Shown in pieces: positions 7,913 through 17,732 of a DNA stretch of 39,556 bases. This DNA is from Klebsiella phage vB_KpnP_NahiliMali. The translations under genes were made by a program, and so were the position numbers. Under the pieces are notes generated by a model. That model had not been told where the DNA came from. It saw only the letters and a list, made by a program, of their open reading frames with translations, and ran no database searches. The DNA lies in sequence record MN013085.1; one strand, given 5' to 3'. Position 1 is the stretch's first letter; each line of letters opens with the position of its first letter.

Positions 7913-8034
7913 GCGCACTTCATGTGGCCTACATCATTGCGATAATCTTAACGATTGTCCTTGCGTGGGCCTTAAACGATGATGACGATGATGATAGTGG
8001 TGGGCCACCAACAGGCCATGCGACTCACTATTGA
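7909..8034 (+). CDS. Small protein with a TTG start (41 aa): one transmembrane helix and a poly-Asp tail.
   Basis: Strong AAGGAGG ribosome-binding site 7 nt before TTG. LSALHVAYIIAIILTIVLAWALNDDDDDDSGGPPTGHATHY. The promoter at 8014-8040 overlaps its 3' end. Confidence 0.3.
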   Translation: MSALHVAYIIAIILTIVLAWALNDDDDDDSGGPPTGHATHY

Positions 8035-8040
8035 CAGATA
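8014..8040 (+). promoter_or_regulatory. Phage RNAP promoter (variant ...cactattgacag).
   Basis: ggccatgcgactcactattgacagata. Confidence 0.65.
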
Positions 8041-8069
8041 ACCTATCAACCAACTCAAGGAGGCCCATC

Positions 8070-8327
8070 ATGGCTAAACCTCACAACTTCCGTGTGGTTC
8101 ACCGCTACGGCGTTACCACGACACCTCGTGTCATCCAAGACCTGAACACTGGTCGCCTTCACCCACTGAAGCAGCAGACTCCACACATTGCTAAGGCTGG
8201 CGGTCTTACCTTCCATATCATGAAGGCGCACACTGGCACCAGCAATCACGTTGTGGTTAAACCATATGAAGGCAACTGGCCTCGACTGATGTTCTACGTT
8301 AAGCGTGGTCTGGAGCTGTTCGCATGA
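8070..8327 (+). CDS. Hypothetical protein (85 aa, gene 1.6-like position).
   Basis: AAGGAGG ribosome-binding site, 6-nt spacer, ATG at 8070. There is no recognisable domain. Confidence 0.5.
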   Translation: MAKPHNFRVVHRYGVTTTPRVIQDLNTGRLHPLKQQTPHIAKAGGLTFHIMKAHTGTSNHVVVKPYEGNWPRLMFYVKRGLELFA

Positions 8328-8509
8328 AGGCACTACTGTTCATCTTAATGGCCTCTATTGGTCAGGGTAGTGCGGCCCCTTCTATTGAGACAGTCCCGAT
8401 GAAAGACCTCAATGAGTGTCGCTCGGTCGCCACTCAACTGAAGGACACGCCGAAGCCCGGTAAGGGATACACTCAGTACAGCTACCTGTGCGTGGAGGTG
8501 TCCCAATGA
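8324..8509 (+). CDS. Small secreted or periplasmic protein (61 aa) with an N-terminal signal peptide and two Cys.
   Basis: MKALLFILMASIGQGSAAPS... has a hydrophobic h-region and an AxA-like cleavage site. Its start overlaps the preceding stop (ATGA). Confidence 0.4.
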   Translation: MKALLFILMASIGQGSAAPSIETVPMKDLNECRSVATQLKDTPKPGKGYTQYSYLCVEVSQ

Positions 8510-9144
8510 GAGTCATCGGCCTGAATAGTCAACGGGGTAAGTCCGGTAAGGATACCCTGTATGACCTCATCGCGGCTGACTCGGTTGCGACTAAACGATT
8601 CGCTTTCGGTGATGAACTGAAAGAGAAGTGCTCGGTGGCTATCAGCTACACTGAGTTGATGCAGAAAGAAATGTTGATAGCGATGCACGACCAGTCACTG
8701 AAGGATGAGCCTATGCTTATTCTCCGTGGGTCCAACATTGCTGAAAGTGAATACAAGACGTGGCTCTTAGTGAATGGCTTCGATATGATAGCCCCTCGCT
8801 CTCCGCGTTTCCACCTTCAGCAGTATGGCAACGGTTATGTACGCGACTACCTCAACGATGAGGACCGCTGGTTAAACTCAGTACGGTCTAAGCTGGAATA
8901 CTACCCTGATGTTACCATTGTGATTACCGATGTTCGACAGCCTAATGAGGTCGAGTGGGTCCGCTCAATTGGTGGCGTTGTGGTTCGCGTTAAGCGCGGC
9001 TGGGATATCCCGGAAGTAGACAATCAGCCTCTGCACATTACGGACACTGCGCTGGACTCTTATGGCCTGCCAGTGATTATCAACGAGTGGGGCAATCCAC
9101 AAGGGATGCTCGACCAACTCAAGGAGGTAATAAACCGTGAGTGA
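8506..9144 (+). CDS. Deoxynucleoside monophosphate kinase (T4 gp1-like P-loop kinase) at the gene 1.7 position.
   Basis: N-terminal [15 protein letters not shown] matches the T4 dNMP kinase P-loop (LSGVKRSGKDTTADF). Later motifs [11 protein letters not shown] and LHITDT resemble T4 gp1 (DTRQDHE..THITE). ATG at 8506 follows a GGAGGTG ribosome-binding site. Confidence 0.65.
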   Translation: MRVIGLNSQRGKSGKDTLYDLIAADSVATKRFAFGDELKEKCSVAISYTELMQKEMLIAMHDQSLKDEPMLILRGSNIAESEYKTWLLVNGFDMIAPRSPRFHLQQYGNGYVRDYLNDEDRWLNSVRSKLEYYPDVTIVITDVRQPNEVEWVRSIGGVVVRVKRGWDIPEVDNQPLHITDTALDSYGLPVIINEWGNPQGMLDQLKEVINRE

Positions 9145-9325
9145 AAACGTAGGTGGCTTGGTCCCTAAATCCAAGAAGTTCTTTGTGACCATTGAGAATG
9201 CTAAGGAATCCTTTGAGGTCCCGGTGTTCGCAATCGACATTGAAGACGCTCAGGCTCAGGCAGTTCTCTATGAGGACGCTGGGTTCGAGGTCGTTCGGAT
9301 TCGCCCGGAGGTGAAACGTGCGTAA
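9137..9325 (+). CDS. 2: gp2 inhibitor of host (E. coli-type) RNA polymerase.
   Basis: 62 aa. [21 protein letters not shown]...[12 protein letters not shown] closely matches T7 gp2 ([21 protein letters not shown]...AGFEVTRVRPCV). Confidence 0.85.
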   Translation: MSENVGGLVPKSKKFFVTIENAKESFEVPVFAIDIEDAQAQAVLYEDAGFEVVRIRPEVKRA

Positions 9326-9686
9326 TGTTCACATGGCCCAAGGTAAGATGCGGAGTAAGCCTGATGGTTTCCTGCACCTGAACAACTACTCGCACATCGG
9401 TGCGTCTGGCATGGCCGGAGTTCTATTCGAGCGCATCTTCACGGAGCGCCAACAGGAAATCGTAGGGTGCTCACTGCTGGAGATTGCCGGGAACGACCCT
9501 GAGCTGGTCCACTTCAAGCACAACGTGTGGCGATTCAAGAAGGAGTTCCTGCATGAACACTTCCAGTCTGTGGTGTATGGCACTTGTCGTTTACTCCGTA
9601 AGTCTCCTGCTCTGCTGGCATCTATCGCTATCACAGAAGAAGAACAGAACGTGAAGAAACGCATCGTGGGCTGGCCGAAAGGCTGA
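9318..9686 (+). CDS. Hypothetical protein (122 aa) inserted between gene 2 and gene 2.5, with no T7 counterpart.
   Basis: GGAGGTG ribosome-binding site then GTG at 9318 (alternative ATG at 9333). It has good coding potential in the genome strand and frame context, and no recognisable motif. Confidence 0.45.
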   Translation: MRNVHMAQGKMRSKPDGFLHLNNYSHIGASGMAGVLFERIFTERQQEIVGCSLLEIAGNDPELVHFKHNVWRFKKEFLHEHFQSVVYGTCRLLRKSPALLASIAITEEEQNVKKRIVGWPKG

Positions 9687-9692
9687 CCCTCG

Positions 9693-9720
9693 GTCCATGC
9701 GACTCACTATTGCAAGACAA
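9693..9720 (+). promoter_or_regulatory. Phage RNAP promoter (phi2.5-like).
   Basis: gtccatgcgactcactattgcaagacaa, directly upstream of the SSB gene. Confidence 0.75.
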
Positions 9721-9750
9721 TCCATTCTCGATAACTAAAGGAGGCCCAAC

Positions 9751-10452
9751 ATGGCTTTTAACAAACGTAAAGTATTAATCTCCGCTCTCGGTGTGGCCGA
9801 ACCATACTGCTACTTGCAGAAGCCTGACTACGGTCACGGTGACTTCAAGAACGAGCGAGGCACCTACAAGGTCTCTCTGACCATCTCCAACGATGACCCT
9901 CGTTGCCAGCAGATGATTGATGAAATCGTCGAGGCACACGAAGCGGACTATGCTGCTCGTCTGGAAGAGTACGAAGCGAACCCGCCAAAGGTTGTCAAAG
10001 GTAAGAAGCCTCTGAAGCCATACGTGGGCGACATGCCGTTCATCGACAACGAAGATGGCACCACTACGTTCAACTTCAAGTGCTACGGCAACTTCACCGA
10101 TAAGAAGACTGGTGAGAACCGTCCGATTGAACTGAAGGTGGTTGACTCTCGTGGTAAGCGAATCAACGAAGTCCCTGCAATCTCCGGTGGTTCTGAGCTG
10201 AAGATTCGCTACAGCCTGTTCCCTTATGGCTGGTCTGCGGTGGCCGGTGCCTCTGTCAAGCTGCAACTGGAAGGCGTCATGCTGGTGAAACTGGTTGAGT
10301 TCGGTGGTGGTGACGATGATTGGTCTGATGAAGTCGTTGATGATGAAGACGGCTACGTTGCAACCAATCAGAAACCGCGTGAGCAGTCTCGTCAGGCTCC
10401 GTCAGACAATGACGATGAGCAGGAAGACGAAGACGATGATGGTGATTTCTGA
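9751..10452 (+). CDS. 2.5: Single-stranded DNA-binding protein gp2.5.
   Basis: 233 aa, collinear with T7 gp2.5 (EPYCYLQKPDYG, DPRCQQMIDEIVEAHE, KPLKPYVGDMPF, SVKLQLEGVMLVKLVEFGGGDDDW). It has an acidic C-terminal tail ending ...DDDGDF like T7. Confidence 0.97.
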   Translation: MAFNKRKVLISALGVAEPYCYLQKPDYGHGDFKNERGTYKVSLTISNDDPRCQQMIDEIVEAHEADYAARLEEYEANPPKVVKGKKPLKPYVGDMPFIDNEDGTTTFNFKCYGNFTDKKTGENRPIELKVVDSRGKRINEVPAISGGSELKIRYSLFPYGWSAVAGASVKLQLEGVMLVKLVEFGGGDDDWSDEVVDDEDGYVATNQKPREQSRQAPSDNDDEQEDEDDDGDF

Positions 10453-10487
10453 GTACCTCGCTGCGTCTGAATGCTAAGCTGAAGAAG

Positions 10488-10901
10488 GTGGGAGACTGCC
10501 TTCTATTCACTGGCTCACTGTCCTCTAAAGGATACGGGCTGGTAAGGCACGAGGGTAAAACACAAAGAGCACACCGGGTGGCCTTTGAGCTTGCTCATGG
10601 TAGGAAGCCAGAGGGTATCCTGTTGCACTCGTGTGACAACCCTTCATGCTGTAATGTAGAGCACTTGTCGGAGGGCGACGACTTACAGAATCAGCACGAC
10701 TCCATTGATAAGGGTCGGAAGAAAACCAAGCTGACACTTGAGCAGGTTAAGTTCATCAAGGACTCATCTCTATCTCAACGTGCCTTAGCGAAGATGTTCG
10801 GAGTATCGCAGCGATTAATCTTCAACATAAAAGGAGGTATCGCATGGGTGCATACTCTGCAAAAGGAATCCGAAAGGTCGGTGCATACCGCTCAGGATTA
10901 G
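10488..10901 (+). CDS. HNH homing-type endonuclease (gene 2.8 position) with a C-terminal helix-turn-helix.
   Basis: HNH motif HRVAFELAHG...HSCDNPSCCNVEHL, and C-terminal LSQRALAKMFGVSQRLIFNI. The start is uncertain (GTG at 10488). The 3' end overlaps the gene 3 start by 57 nt. Confidence 0.7.
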   Translation: MGDCLLFTGSLSSKGYGLVRHEGKTQRAHRVAFELAHGRKPEGILLHSCDNPSCCNVEHLSEGDDLQNQHDSIDKGRKKTKLTLEQVKFIKDSSLSQRALAKMFGVSQRLIFNIKGGIAWVHTLQKESERSVHTAQD

Positions 10902-11293
10902 AGGACAAAGTGTCCAAGCAGTTGGAATCTAAGGGTGTCAAGTTTGATTATGAGTTGTGGAAGATTCCATATATCGTCCCTGCAAGTAACCATACTTACA
11001 CACCTGACTTCCTACTGCCTAATGGTATCTTCGTGGAAACGAAAGGTATCTTCGACTCGGATGACCGAAAGAAACATTTACTTATCCGCGAACAGTACCC
11101 TGAGCTTGACATTCGTATCGTGTTCAGTTCATCGCGCTCCAAGTTGTACAAAGGGTCTAAGACCTCATACGGCGAGTGGGCAGAGAAGAACGGTATTAAG
11201 TTCGCTGATAAATTAATCCCCGTTGAATGGCTAAAGGAGGCAAAGAAACCAGTACCGTTCGACAAGTTAAAAGGAGTCAAGAAGAATGGCTAA
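10844..11293 (+). CDS. 3: Endonuclease I (Holliday junction resolvase).
   Basis: 149 aa, near-identical in blocks to T7 gp3 (KGIRKVGAYRSGLEDKVSKQLESKG, PASNHTYTPDFLLPNGIFVETKG, LLIREQYPELDIRIVFSS). Confidence 0.97.
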   Translation: MGAYSAKGIRKVGAYRSGLEDKVSKQLESKGVKFDYELWKIPYIVPASNHTYTPDFLLPNGIFVETKGIFDSDDRKKHLLIREQYPELDIRIVFSSSRSKLYKGSKTSYGEWAEKNGIKFADKLIPVEWLKEAKKPVPFDKLKGVKKNG

Positions 11294-11741
11294 AGTCCAA
11301 TTCAAACCGCGCAGTGAGACAACCCTACTGATTGTCCATTGCTCAGCAACTAAGCCAACCATGAACGTTGGTCTACGTGAAATCCGTCAGTGGCATAAGG
11401 AACGCGGGTTCCTCGACGTAGGCTACCACTTCATCATTCGCCGTGATGGTACGGTCGAGGATGGACGTGAAGTCTCCGCTATCGGTGCACACTGCGAAGG
11501 CAAGAACTACACCTCTGTTGGTGTCTGTCTGGTCGGTGGTATCAACGATAAGATGAAGCCTGAAGCCAACTTTACGCCTCAGCAGATGGAGTCCCTGAAG
11601 ACCCTGCTGGCTGGCCTGAAGCGCGAGTATCCACAAGCGTCCGTACATGGTCACCATGATTTCGCAGCGAAAGCCTGTCCGTCATTCGACGTGCAACGCT
11701 GGCTGAAGTCTGGAGAACTCGTGACGAGCGACCGTGGCTAA
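11286..11741 (+). CDS. 3.5: N-acetylmuramoyl-L-alanine amidase (T7 lysozyme, RNAP inhibitor).
   Basis: 151 aa. MAKVQFKPRSET..VHCSATKP..REIRQWHKERGFLDVGYHFIIRRDGTVE...ACPSFD...ELVTSDRG is collinear with T7 gp3.5. Confidence 0.97.
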   Translation: MAKVQFKPRSETTLLIVHCSATKPTMNVGLREIRQWHKERGFLDVGYHFIIRRDGTVEDGREVSAIGAHCEGKNYTSVGVCLVGGINDKMKPEANFTPQQMESLKTLLAGLKREYPQASVHGHHDFAAKACPSFDVQRWLKSGELVTSDRG

Positions 11742-11765
11742 TCCATGCAACTCACTTAGGGAGGA
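11741..11765 (+). promoter_or_regulatory. Phage RNAP promoter (phi3.8-like variant caactcacttagggagg) with a 5' hairpin and conserved leader.
   Basis: atccatgcaactcacttagggagga. From 11766 to 11815 the hairpin-leader-RBS block (ggac..cccttagttctcaaaattgattaaggagtg.acaacATG) is near-identical to 5676-5725. Confidence 0.7.
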
Positions 11766-11812
11766 CATATCGTCTTCCCTTAGTTCTCAAAATTGATTAA
11801 GGAGTGTACAAC

Positions 11813-12300
11813 ATGAGCATTAAATCGAACTATGTGGCTATACAGGTTGCCGACCATATCCGTACCTTCGTCGGTAAACGTGCAATCATCGCTGGCGGTT
11901 GTGCTCGTGATGTGCATTTCGGTATCGAGCCAAAGGACTACGATATCATCCTGCCTCGTCTGGCTCACTACGATAACATCCGGGCCGCTCTTGATGCGCT
12001 CGATGTGTCTTACCGGGAGATGAACTTCTACCGCTACAACGAGGGTTCCGAAAGTGACCGTGTGGCGTACTGCTTTAAGTTCACCTATCAGGGTATCGAC
12101 TTCGACCTTCTGGTGTATCTGATTGGCGAGGCCACCGAGGCCCCGGCACATTTCGACTTCAACCTGAACCAGTTCATTCTGGACGCTGAAGGTCACGCTG
12201 AGTTCGTCGGTGACGTGCATCCTGATGAGGGTCTCGTGGCAATCCGTGGTGACCACTCACCGAAGCGCGAAGCCTACGTGAAGGCGAAGTACCAGAAACT

Positions 12301-12316
<16 letters not shown>
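11813..12316 (+). CDS. Minimal pol-beta superfamily nucleotidyltransferase (CCA-adding/poly(A)-polymerase head-domain type) at the gene 3.8 position.
   Basis: 167 aa. Motif A is AIIAGGCARDVHFGIEPKDYDI (GGxxRD...DxD). A downstream FDFNLNQF resembles the RRDFTIN motif of class II CCA enzymes. ATG at 11813 lies after an AAGGAG ribosome-binding site. Confidence 0.55.
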
Positions 12317-14084
<1,768 letters not shown>

Positions 14085-14101
14085 CATAAGGAGAACACGT
14101 C

Positions 14102-14335
14102 ATGTTTAAACTCGTAAAAGCGCTGGGTCGTCTGGTAGCAAAACTGTATGCTCGTGAAGCACGCCTGAAGGTAGCCGAAGCGAAGGCCCTGAAGAAACTG
14201 TCAGCTGAAACTGAGCAGGCCGCTGTCAAGCTGCGTGAGAAGGCTGAGGAGTTCGATACTAAATCAGGCGAATTGGTTATCGAGGCTTCTCGCATTGCAA
14301 TTCAGGCTCAGGCCGTGGGTAAATTCTTTGAGTAA
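14102..14335 (+). CDS. 4.3: gp4.3-like protein.
   Basis: 77 aa. MFKLVKALGRLVAKLY...AQAVGKFFE parallels T7 gp4.3 (MFKLIKKLGQLL...QQLSKFFE). Confidence 0.8.
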   Translation: MFKLVKALGRLVAKLYAREARLKVAEAKALKKLSAETEQAAVKLREKAEEFDTKSGELVIEASRIAIQAQAVGKFFE

Positions 14336-14352
14336 TCATTGAGTTAAAGTCA

Positions 14353-14374
14353 AGGTCATCTTCGGGTGGCCTTC
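14353..14374 (+). promoter_or_regulatory. RNase III-type hairpin with a UUCG tetraloop.
   Basis: aaggtcatc-ttcg-ggtggcctt is a 9-bp stem with two G-U pairs, and no U-tract follows. It is immediately upstream of the promoter at 14383. Confidence 0.45.
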
Positions 14375-14382
14375 ATCATTAA

Positions 14383-14407
14383 TTCAAGCAACTCACTATT
14401 GGAGGCA
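14383..14407 (+). promoter_or_regulatory. Phage RNAP promoter (divergent upstream half ttcaagcaactcactattggagg).
   Basis: The core aactcactattggagg is conserved, while the -17 to -12 region is atypical. Confidence 0.55.
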
Positions 14408-14413
14408 CACAGT

Positions 14414-14785
14414 ATGCGTACCGTAAAAGAGATTAACGTTGACATTAAGAAACTTAAGGCTGAGCTGAAGCTGGCCTATGCTGCTGAGCGAAACGATAAG
14501 GCGACCAAGGCGATTGCCTGTATGGAGACCCAAGGTTTCACTTGGAATGGCACACGCTGGGTTCGCCCTAAAGAGGACAAGCCGCTGGATAAGCCTCGTC
14601 AGTTCGTCATCAGTGGTGGTAAGATTTATCTGGTGAACGACAGCGATGGGTTCGTGGTGAGAGCACATCAGGTGACCTCAGTGAACTCTATGGGTATCAT
14701 GGTTGCACCACAACTGGTGGAGTTAGCAGCCAGTCTCAAACTTCGCTTCGTTGATGAGAAGTACGTGCGGACAATGTTCGCTTAA
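14414..14785 (+). CDS. Hypothetical protein (gene 4.5/4.7-like position, 123 aa).
   Basis: GGAGG ribosome-binding site then ATG at 14414. No motif recognised. Confidence 0.55.
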   Translation: MRTVKEINVDIKKLKAELKLAYAAERNDKATKAIACMETQGFTWNGTRWVRPKEDKPLDKPRQFVISGGKIYLVNDSDGFVVRAHQVTSVNSMGIMVAPQLVELAASLKLRFVDEKYVRTMFA

Positions 14786-14808
14786 TTTAATCCACAAAGG
14801 AGGACAGT

Positions 14809-16893
14809 ATGTTACTTTCCGATATCGAAGCCAATGGCCTCTTAGAGACCGTTGATAAGTTCCACTGTGCGGTGACCAACGACTACATTTCGGATGAGTA
14901 CATTCGTTACCGTCCGGGTGATTTCGTGCAGTACCTTGAAGCACTGGAAGCTGAAGTAGCGAGAGGTGGTATGCTGGTCTTCCATAACGGGACCAAGTAT
15001 GACCTTCCAGCACTGGACAAACTCTCTCGCATTCATCGCGGCAAACCATTCGTGGTCCCGTGGTATCAGGTGATTGATACTCTGGTTCTCTCCCGTCTCA
15101 TCTTCAGTAACGTGAAGGATACCGATGTGGGCCTTTTGAAATCCGGGAAGTTACCCGGTGCTCGCTTCGGTTCTCACGCTCTGGAAGCATGGGGTTATCG
15201 CTTAGGCGAAATGAAAGGTGAATACCTGACGTTGTTCAAAGAGCAACTTGAGGCTGAGGGCGAACAGTACACGCCGGGTCTCGAATGGGTTAGCTTCAAC
15301 GAAATCATGATGGACTATAACGTCCAAGACGTTGTGGTAACCAAGGCTCTCTTTGAGCACATGATGCGTCAGGTTCACTACTTTCCCGGAGAGGACCAGA
15401 GTGGGGAGCTGGAGTACCAACGATTCTGGAAGGGCGCTTTATGGGCTGTCCGTCTGGAGCACGAGGCCGCTTGGATTCTCGCTAAGATGGAGCGCAACGG
15501 TTATCCGGTAAATGCGACCATGATGCAGGACCTGTACTCGACTCTTGCTGGTCGCCGTGGTGAACTACTGGTTGAACTGGTAGACACTTTCGGTAGCTGG
15601 TATCAGCCGAAGGGTGGCACCGAGCCATTCCGTCATCCGCGTACCGGTAAGCCGCTTCACAACTATCCAAAGGTCAAGTACCCGAAGACTGGCTCTGTCT
15701 ATCTCAAAGATGGCAAGACGCTGGCTAAGGGTGAGACTATGCAGGATGCGCCGTGGACTCCGATTGAGTACGTGACATTTAACCCATCATCTCGTGACCA
15801 CATCCAGAAGAAGCTGCAAGAGGCTGGCTGGGTGCCAACTGAGTTCACCCCAAGTGGTGCACCTAAGGTTGACGATGAGGTGTTGGAGCATGTGCACTTA
15901 GCGGACCCTAAGGCTCAGGCGTGTATCGACCTTATCAAAGAGTACCTCATGATTCAGAAACGAATCGGACAGGTGGCTGAGGGTGATAACGCATGGCTCC
16001 GCATGATTGCGCCGGATGGTCGTATCCACGGTTCAATCAACCCGAACGGTGCGGTGACTGGACGTGCAACTCACAGTTTCCCTAACATCGGTCAGGTCCC
16101 TGCTGGGCGTGCAACCTACGGTAAGGAGTGTCGTTCCTCGTTTGGTGCTGAGCACAACCAGAGAGACGGTAAGCCGGACCCTTGGATTCAGGTGGGTGTG
16201 GACGCCAGCGGCTTAGAGTTGCGCTGCTTGGGCCACTTCATGAGTCCATACGACAATGGTGAATACTGTGATGTTATCCTGAACGGTGATATTCACACGA
16301 AGAACCAAGAGGCTGCTGGTCTGCCTACGCGTGATAACGCTAAGACGTTCATCTACGGGTTCCTGTATGGTGCAGGTGCAGCGAAGATTGGTCAGATTGT
16401 CAACGGTACTGCGGAAGACGGTAAGCGGCTCATCAAGTCGTTCCTTGAGCAGACACCAGCAATCGCTAATCTCCGTGAGGCTATCCAATCGACGCTCATT
16501 AAGGACTCTCGCTGGGTCGGTGGTGAGCAGAAGGTGACGTGGAAGCGCCGCTGGATTCGTGGTCTGGATGGCCGTAAGGTGCACGTCCGTAGTCCTCATG
16601 CTGCGTTGAACACACTGTTGCAATCCGCTGGTGCTCTTATTTGTAAGGCATGGGTAGTGGAACTTGTCAACCGCTGCGAGGCTGAAGGCTTCGTTCACGG
16701 CTGGGATGGTGACTTTGCGCTGATGGCATGGGTGCACGATGAGGTGCAGGTAGCGTGTCGTAATGAGGTCATTGCGAAACGTGTTATTGAAATCTGTCAA
16801 GAGGCAATGCGTGCAGTTGGTGATATGTTCAACTTCCGTTGTGTGTTAGACACCGAAGGGAAGATGGGCGGCAACTGGTACGATTGTCACTAA
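14809..16893 (+). CDS. 5: DNA polymerase (family A, T7 gp5 type, with 3'-5' exonuclease domain and thioredoxin-binding region).
   Basis: 694 aa, collinear with T7 gp5 (MLLSDIEANGLLE, VFHNGTKYDLPAL, DYNVQDVVVTKAL, FNPSSRDHIQKKLQEAGWVPT, RDNAKTFIYGFLYGAG, LMAWVHDEVQV, ends ...NWYDCH). Confidence 0.98.
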   Translation: MLLSDIEANGLLETVDKFHCAVTNDYISDEYIRYRPGDFVQYLEALEAEVARGGMLVFHNGTKYDLPALDKLSRIHRGKPFVVPWYQVIDTLVLSRLIFSNVKDTDVGLLKSGKLPGARFGSHALEAWGYRLGEMKGEYLTLFKEQLEAEGEQYTPGLEWVSFNEIMMDYNVQDVVVTKALFEHMMRQVHYFPGEDQSGELEYQRFWKGALWAVRLEHEAAWILAKMERNGYPVNATMMQDLYSTLAGRRGELLVELVDTFGSWYQPKGGTEPFRHPRTGKPLHNYPKVKYPKTGSVYLKDGKTLAKGETMQDAPWTPIEYVTFNPSSRDHIQKKLQEAGWVPTEFTPSGAPKVDDEVLEHVHLADPKAQACIDLIKEYLMIQKRIGQVAEGDNAWLRMIAPDGRIHGSINPNGAVTGRATHSFPNIGQVPAGRATYGKECRSSFGAEHNQRDGKPDPWIQVGVDASGLELRCLGHFMSPYDNGEYCDVILNGDIHTKNQEAAGLPTRDNAKTFIYGFLYGAGAAKIGQIVNGTAEDGKRLIKSFLEQTPAIANLREAIQSTLIKDSRWVGGEQKVTWKRRWIRGLDGRKVHVRSPHAALNTLLQSAGALICKAWVVELVNRCEAEGFVHGWDGDFALMAWVHDEVQVACRNEVIAKRVIEICQEAMRAVGDMFNFRCVLDTEGKMGGNWYDCH

Positions 16894-16906
16894 TAAGGAG
16901 GGCCAC

Positions 16907-17221
16907 ATGGCTATCACTCAGAAACATAAAGTAGAGTTCATGGTAACCGCAGTGTTACCTTCAGACGTCGAGCAGGAACTCGCTCAGGACCTCGTTAAGC
17001 TGGCTAAGGCTGTGATGAACGGTGAGACCCACTTCAAGGGCCATCTCATTGATGGTCGCCAGAAGCACATGCTGACGGTGTTTGTCACTGAAGGTATGGA
17101 AGGTGTGGCTGCTTTCCTGATTCGTCAGGCTATGCGTGAGGCTATCAAAGAGATGCGCGAGGAGTACGCCGATGGTGACTGCTTCAAGTTCTCACCAGCC
17201 AGTGTGCGGAAGGTGTCATGA
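16907..17221 (+). CDS. 5.5: gp5.5-like protein (H-NS-binding protein in T7).
   Basis: 104 aa. KVEFMVTA..SDV...GMEG..F..R.AMREAIKEMREEYADGDCFKFSPASVRKV parallels T7 gp5.5. Confidence 0.8.
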   Translation: MAITQKHKVEFMVTAVLPSDVEQELAQDLVKLAKAVMNGETHFKGHLIDGRQKHMLTVFVTEGMEGVAAFLIRQAMREAIKEMREEYADGDCFKFSPASVRKVS

Positions 17222-17430
17222 TGAGTGACTACTTGCGTGTGTTGATGGCAATCAAGAGTTGCCCGAAGACCTTCCAAAGCAACTACGTCCGGGTTAACGC
17301 TGGGCTGGTCGCTGAGGCCGCAAGCCGGGGGCACATCTCGTGCCTCTCTGCGGATGGTCGTAACAATGGTGCTTGGGAGATTACCTCAAGCGGTACTACA
17401 TTCCTGATGATTCATGGAGGTTGCGTATGA
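17218..17430 (+). CDS. 5.7: gp5.7 (sigma-S RNAP inhibitor in T7).
   Basis: 70 aa. SDYLRVLMAIKSCPKTFQSNYVRVNAGLVAEAASRGHISCL...GAWEITSSGT is almost identical in pattern to T7 gp5.7. Confidence 0.9.
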   Translation: MMSDYLRVLMAIKSCPKTFQSNYVRVNAGLVAEAASRGHISCLSADGRNNGAWEITSSGTTFLMIHGGCV

Positions 17431-17732
17431 GCCAGCATGACCCTAAAGAACTCATTAAGACCATCACGGAGTCTATGGTAGACAACCCGTGGTCTGATGA
17501 GCTTCCTGATGCGTTCACTGTGGTTGACAGTGGTGACTGGACGGATAGTCATAAGTCTGAGAGTAAGACCGATATCGTTCGACACGATGCCTCTGGTCTG
17601 TACTTCCAGATTGAGCTGTCCCGTACTGGTGACCACTGGCAGGGTTACGAAACTGAGTTCGTTGATGTGGCCCATGTTGAGCCATACCAGAAAACTATCA
17701 CTGCGTACCGCGTAGTTAAGGCAGGTGCTTAA
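17427..17732 (+). CDS. Hypothetical acidic protein (101 aa) at the gene 5.9 position. It is not recognisably homologous to T7 gp5.9.
   Basis: ATG overlaps the gene 5.7 stop (ATGA). It is rich in Asp/Glu and Trp (DNPWSDELPDAFTVVDSGDWTDS). Its stop overlaps the gene 6 start. Confidence 0.45.
   Translation: MSQHDPKELIKTITESMVDNPWSDELPDAFTVVDSGDWTDSHKSESKTDIVRHDASGLYFQIELSRTGDHWQGYETEFVDVAHVEPYQKTITAYRVVKAGA

Noticed and set aside
10290-10450. GAT/GAC-rich repetitive DNA at the end of gene 2.5 and in the small ORF at 7960-8000.
   Set aside because: It is a coding low-complexity region (acidic C-terminal tails), not a CRISPR or satellite repeat.
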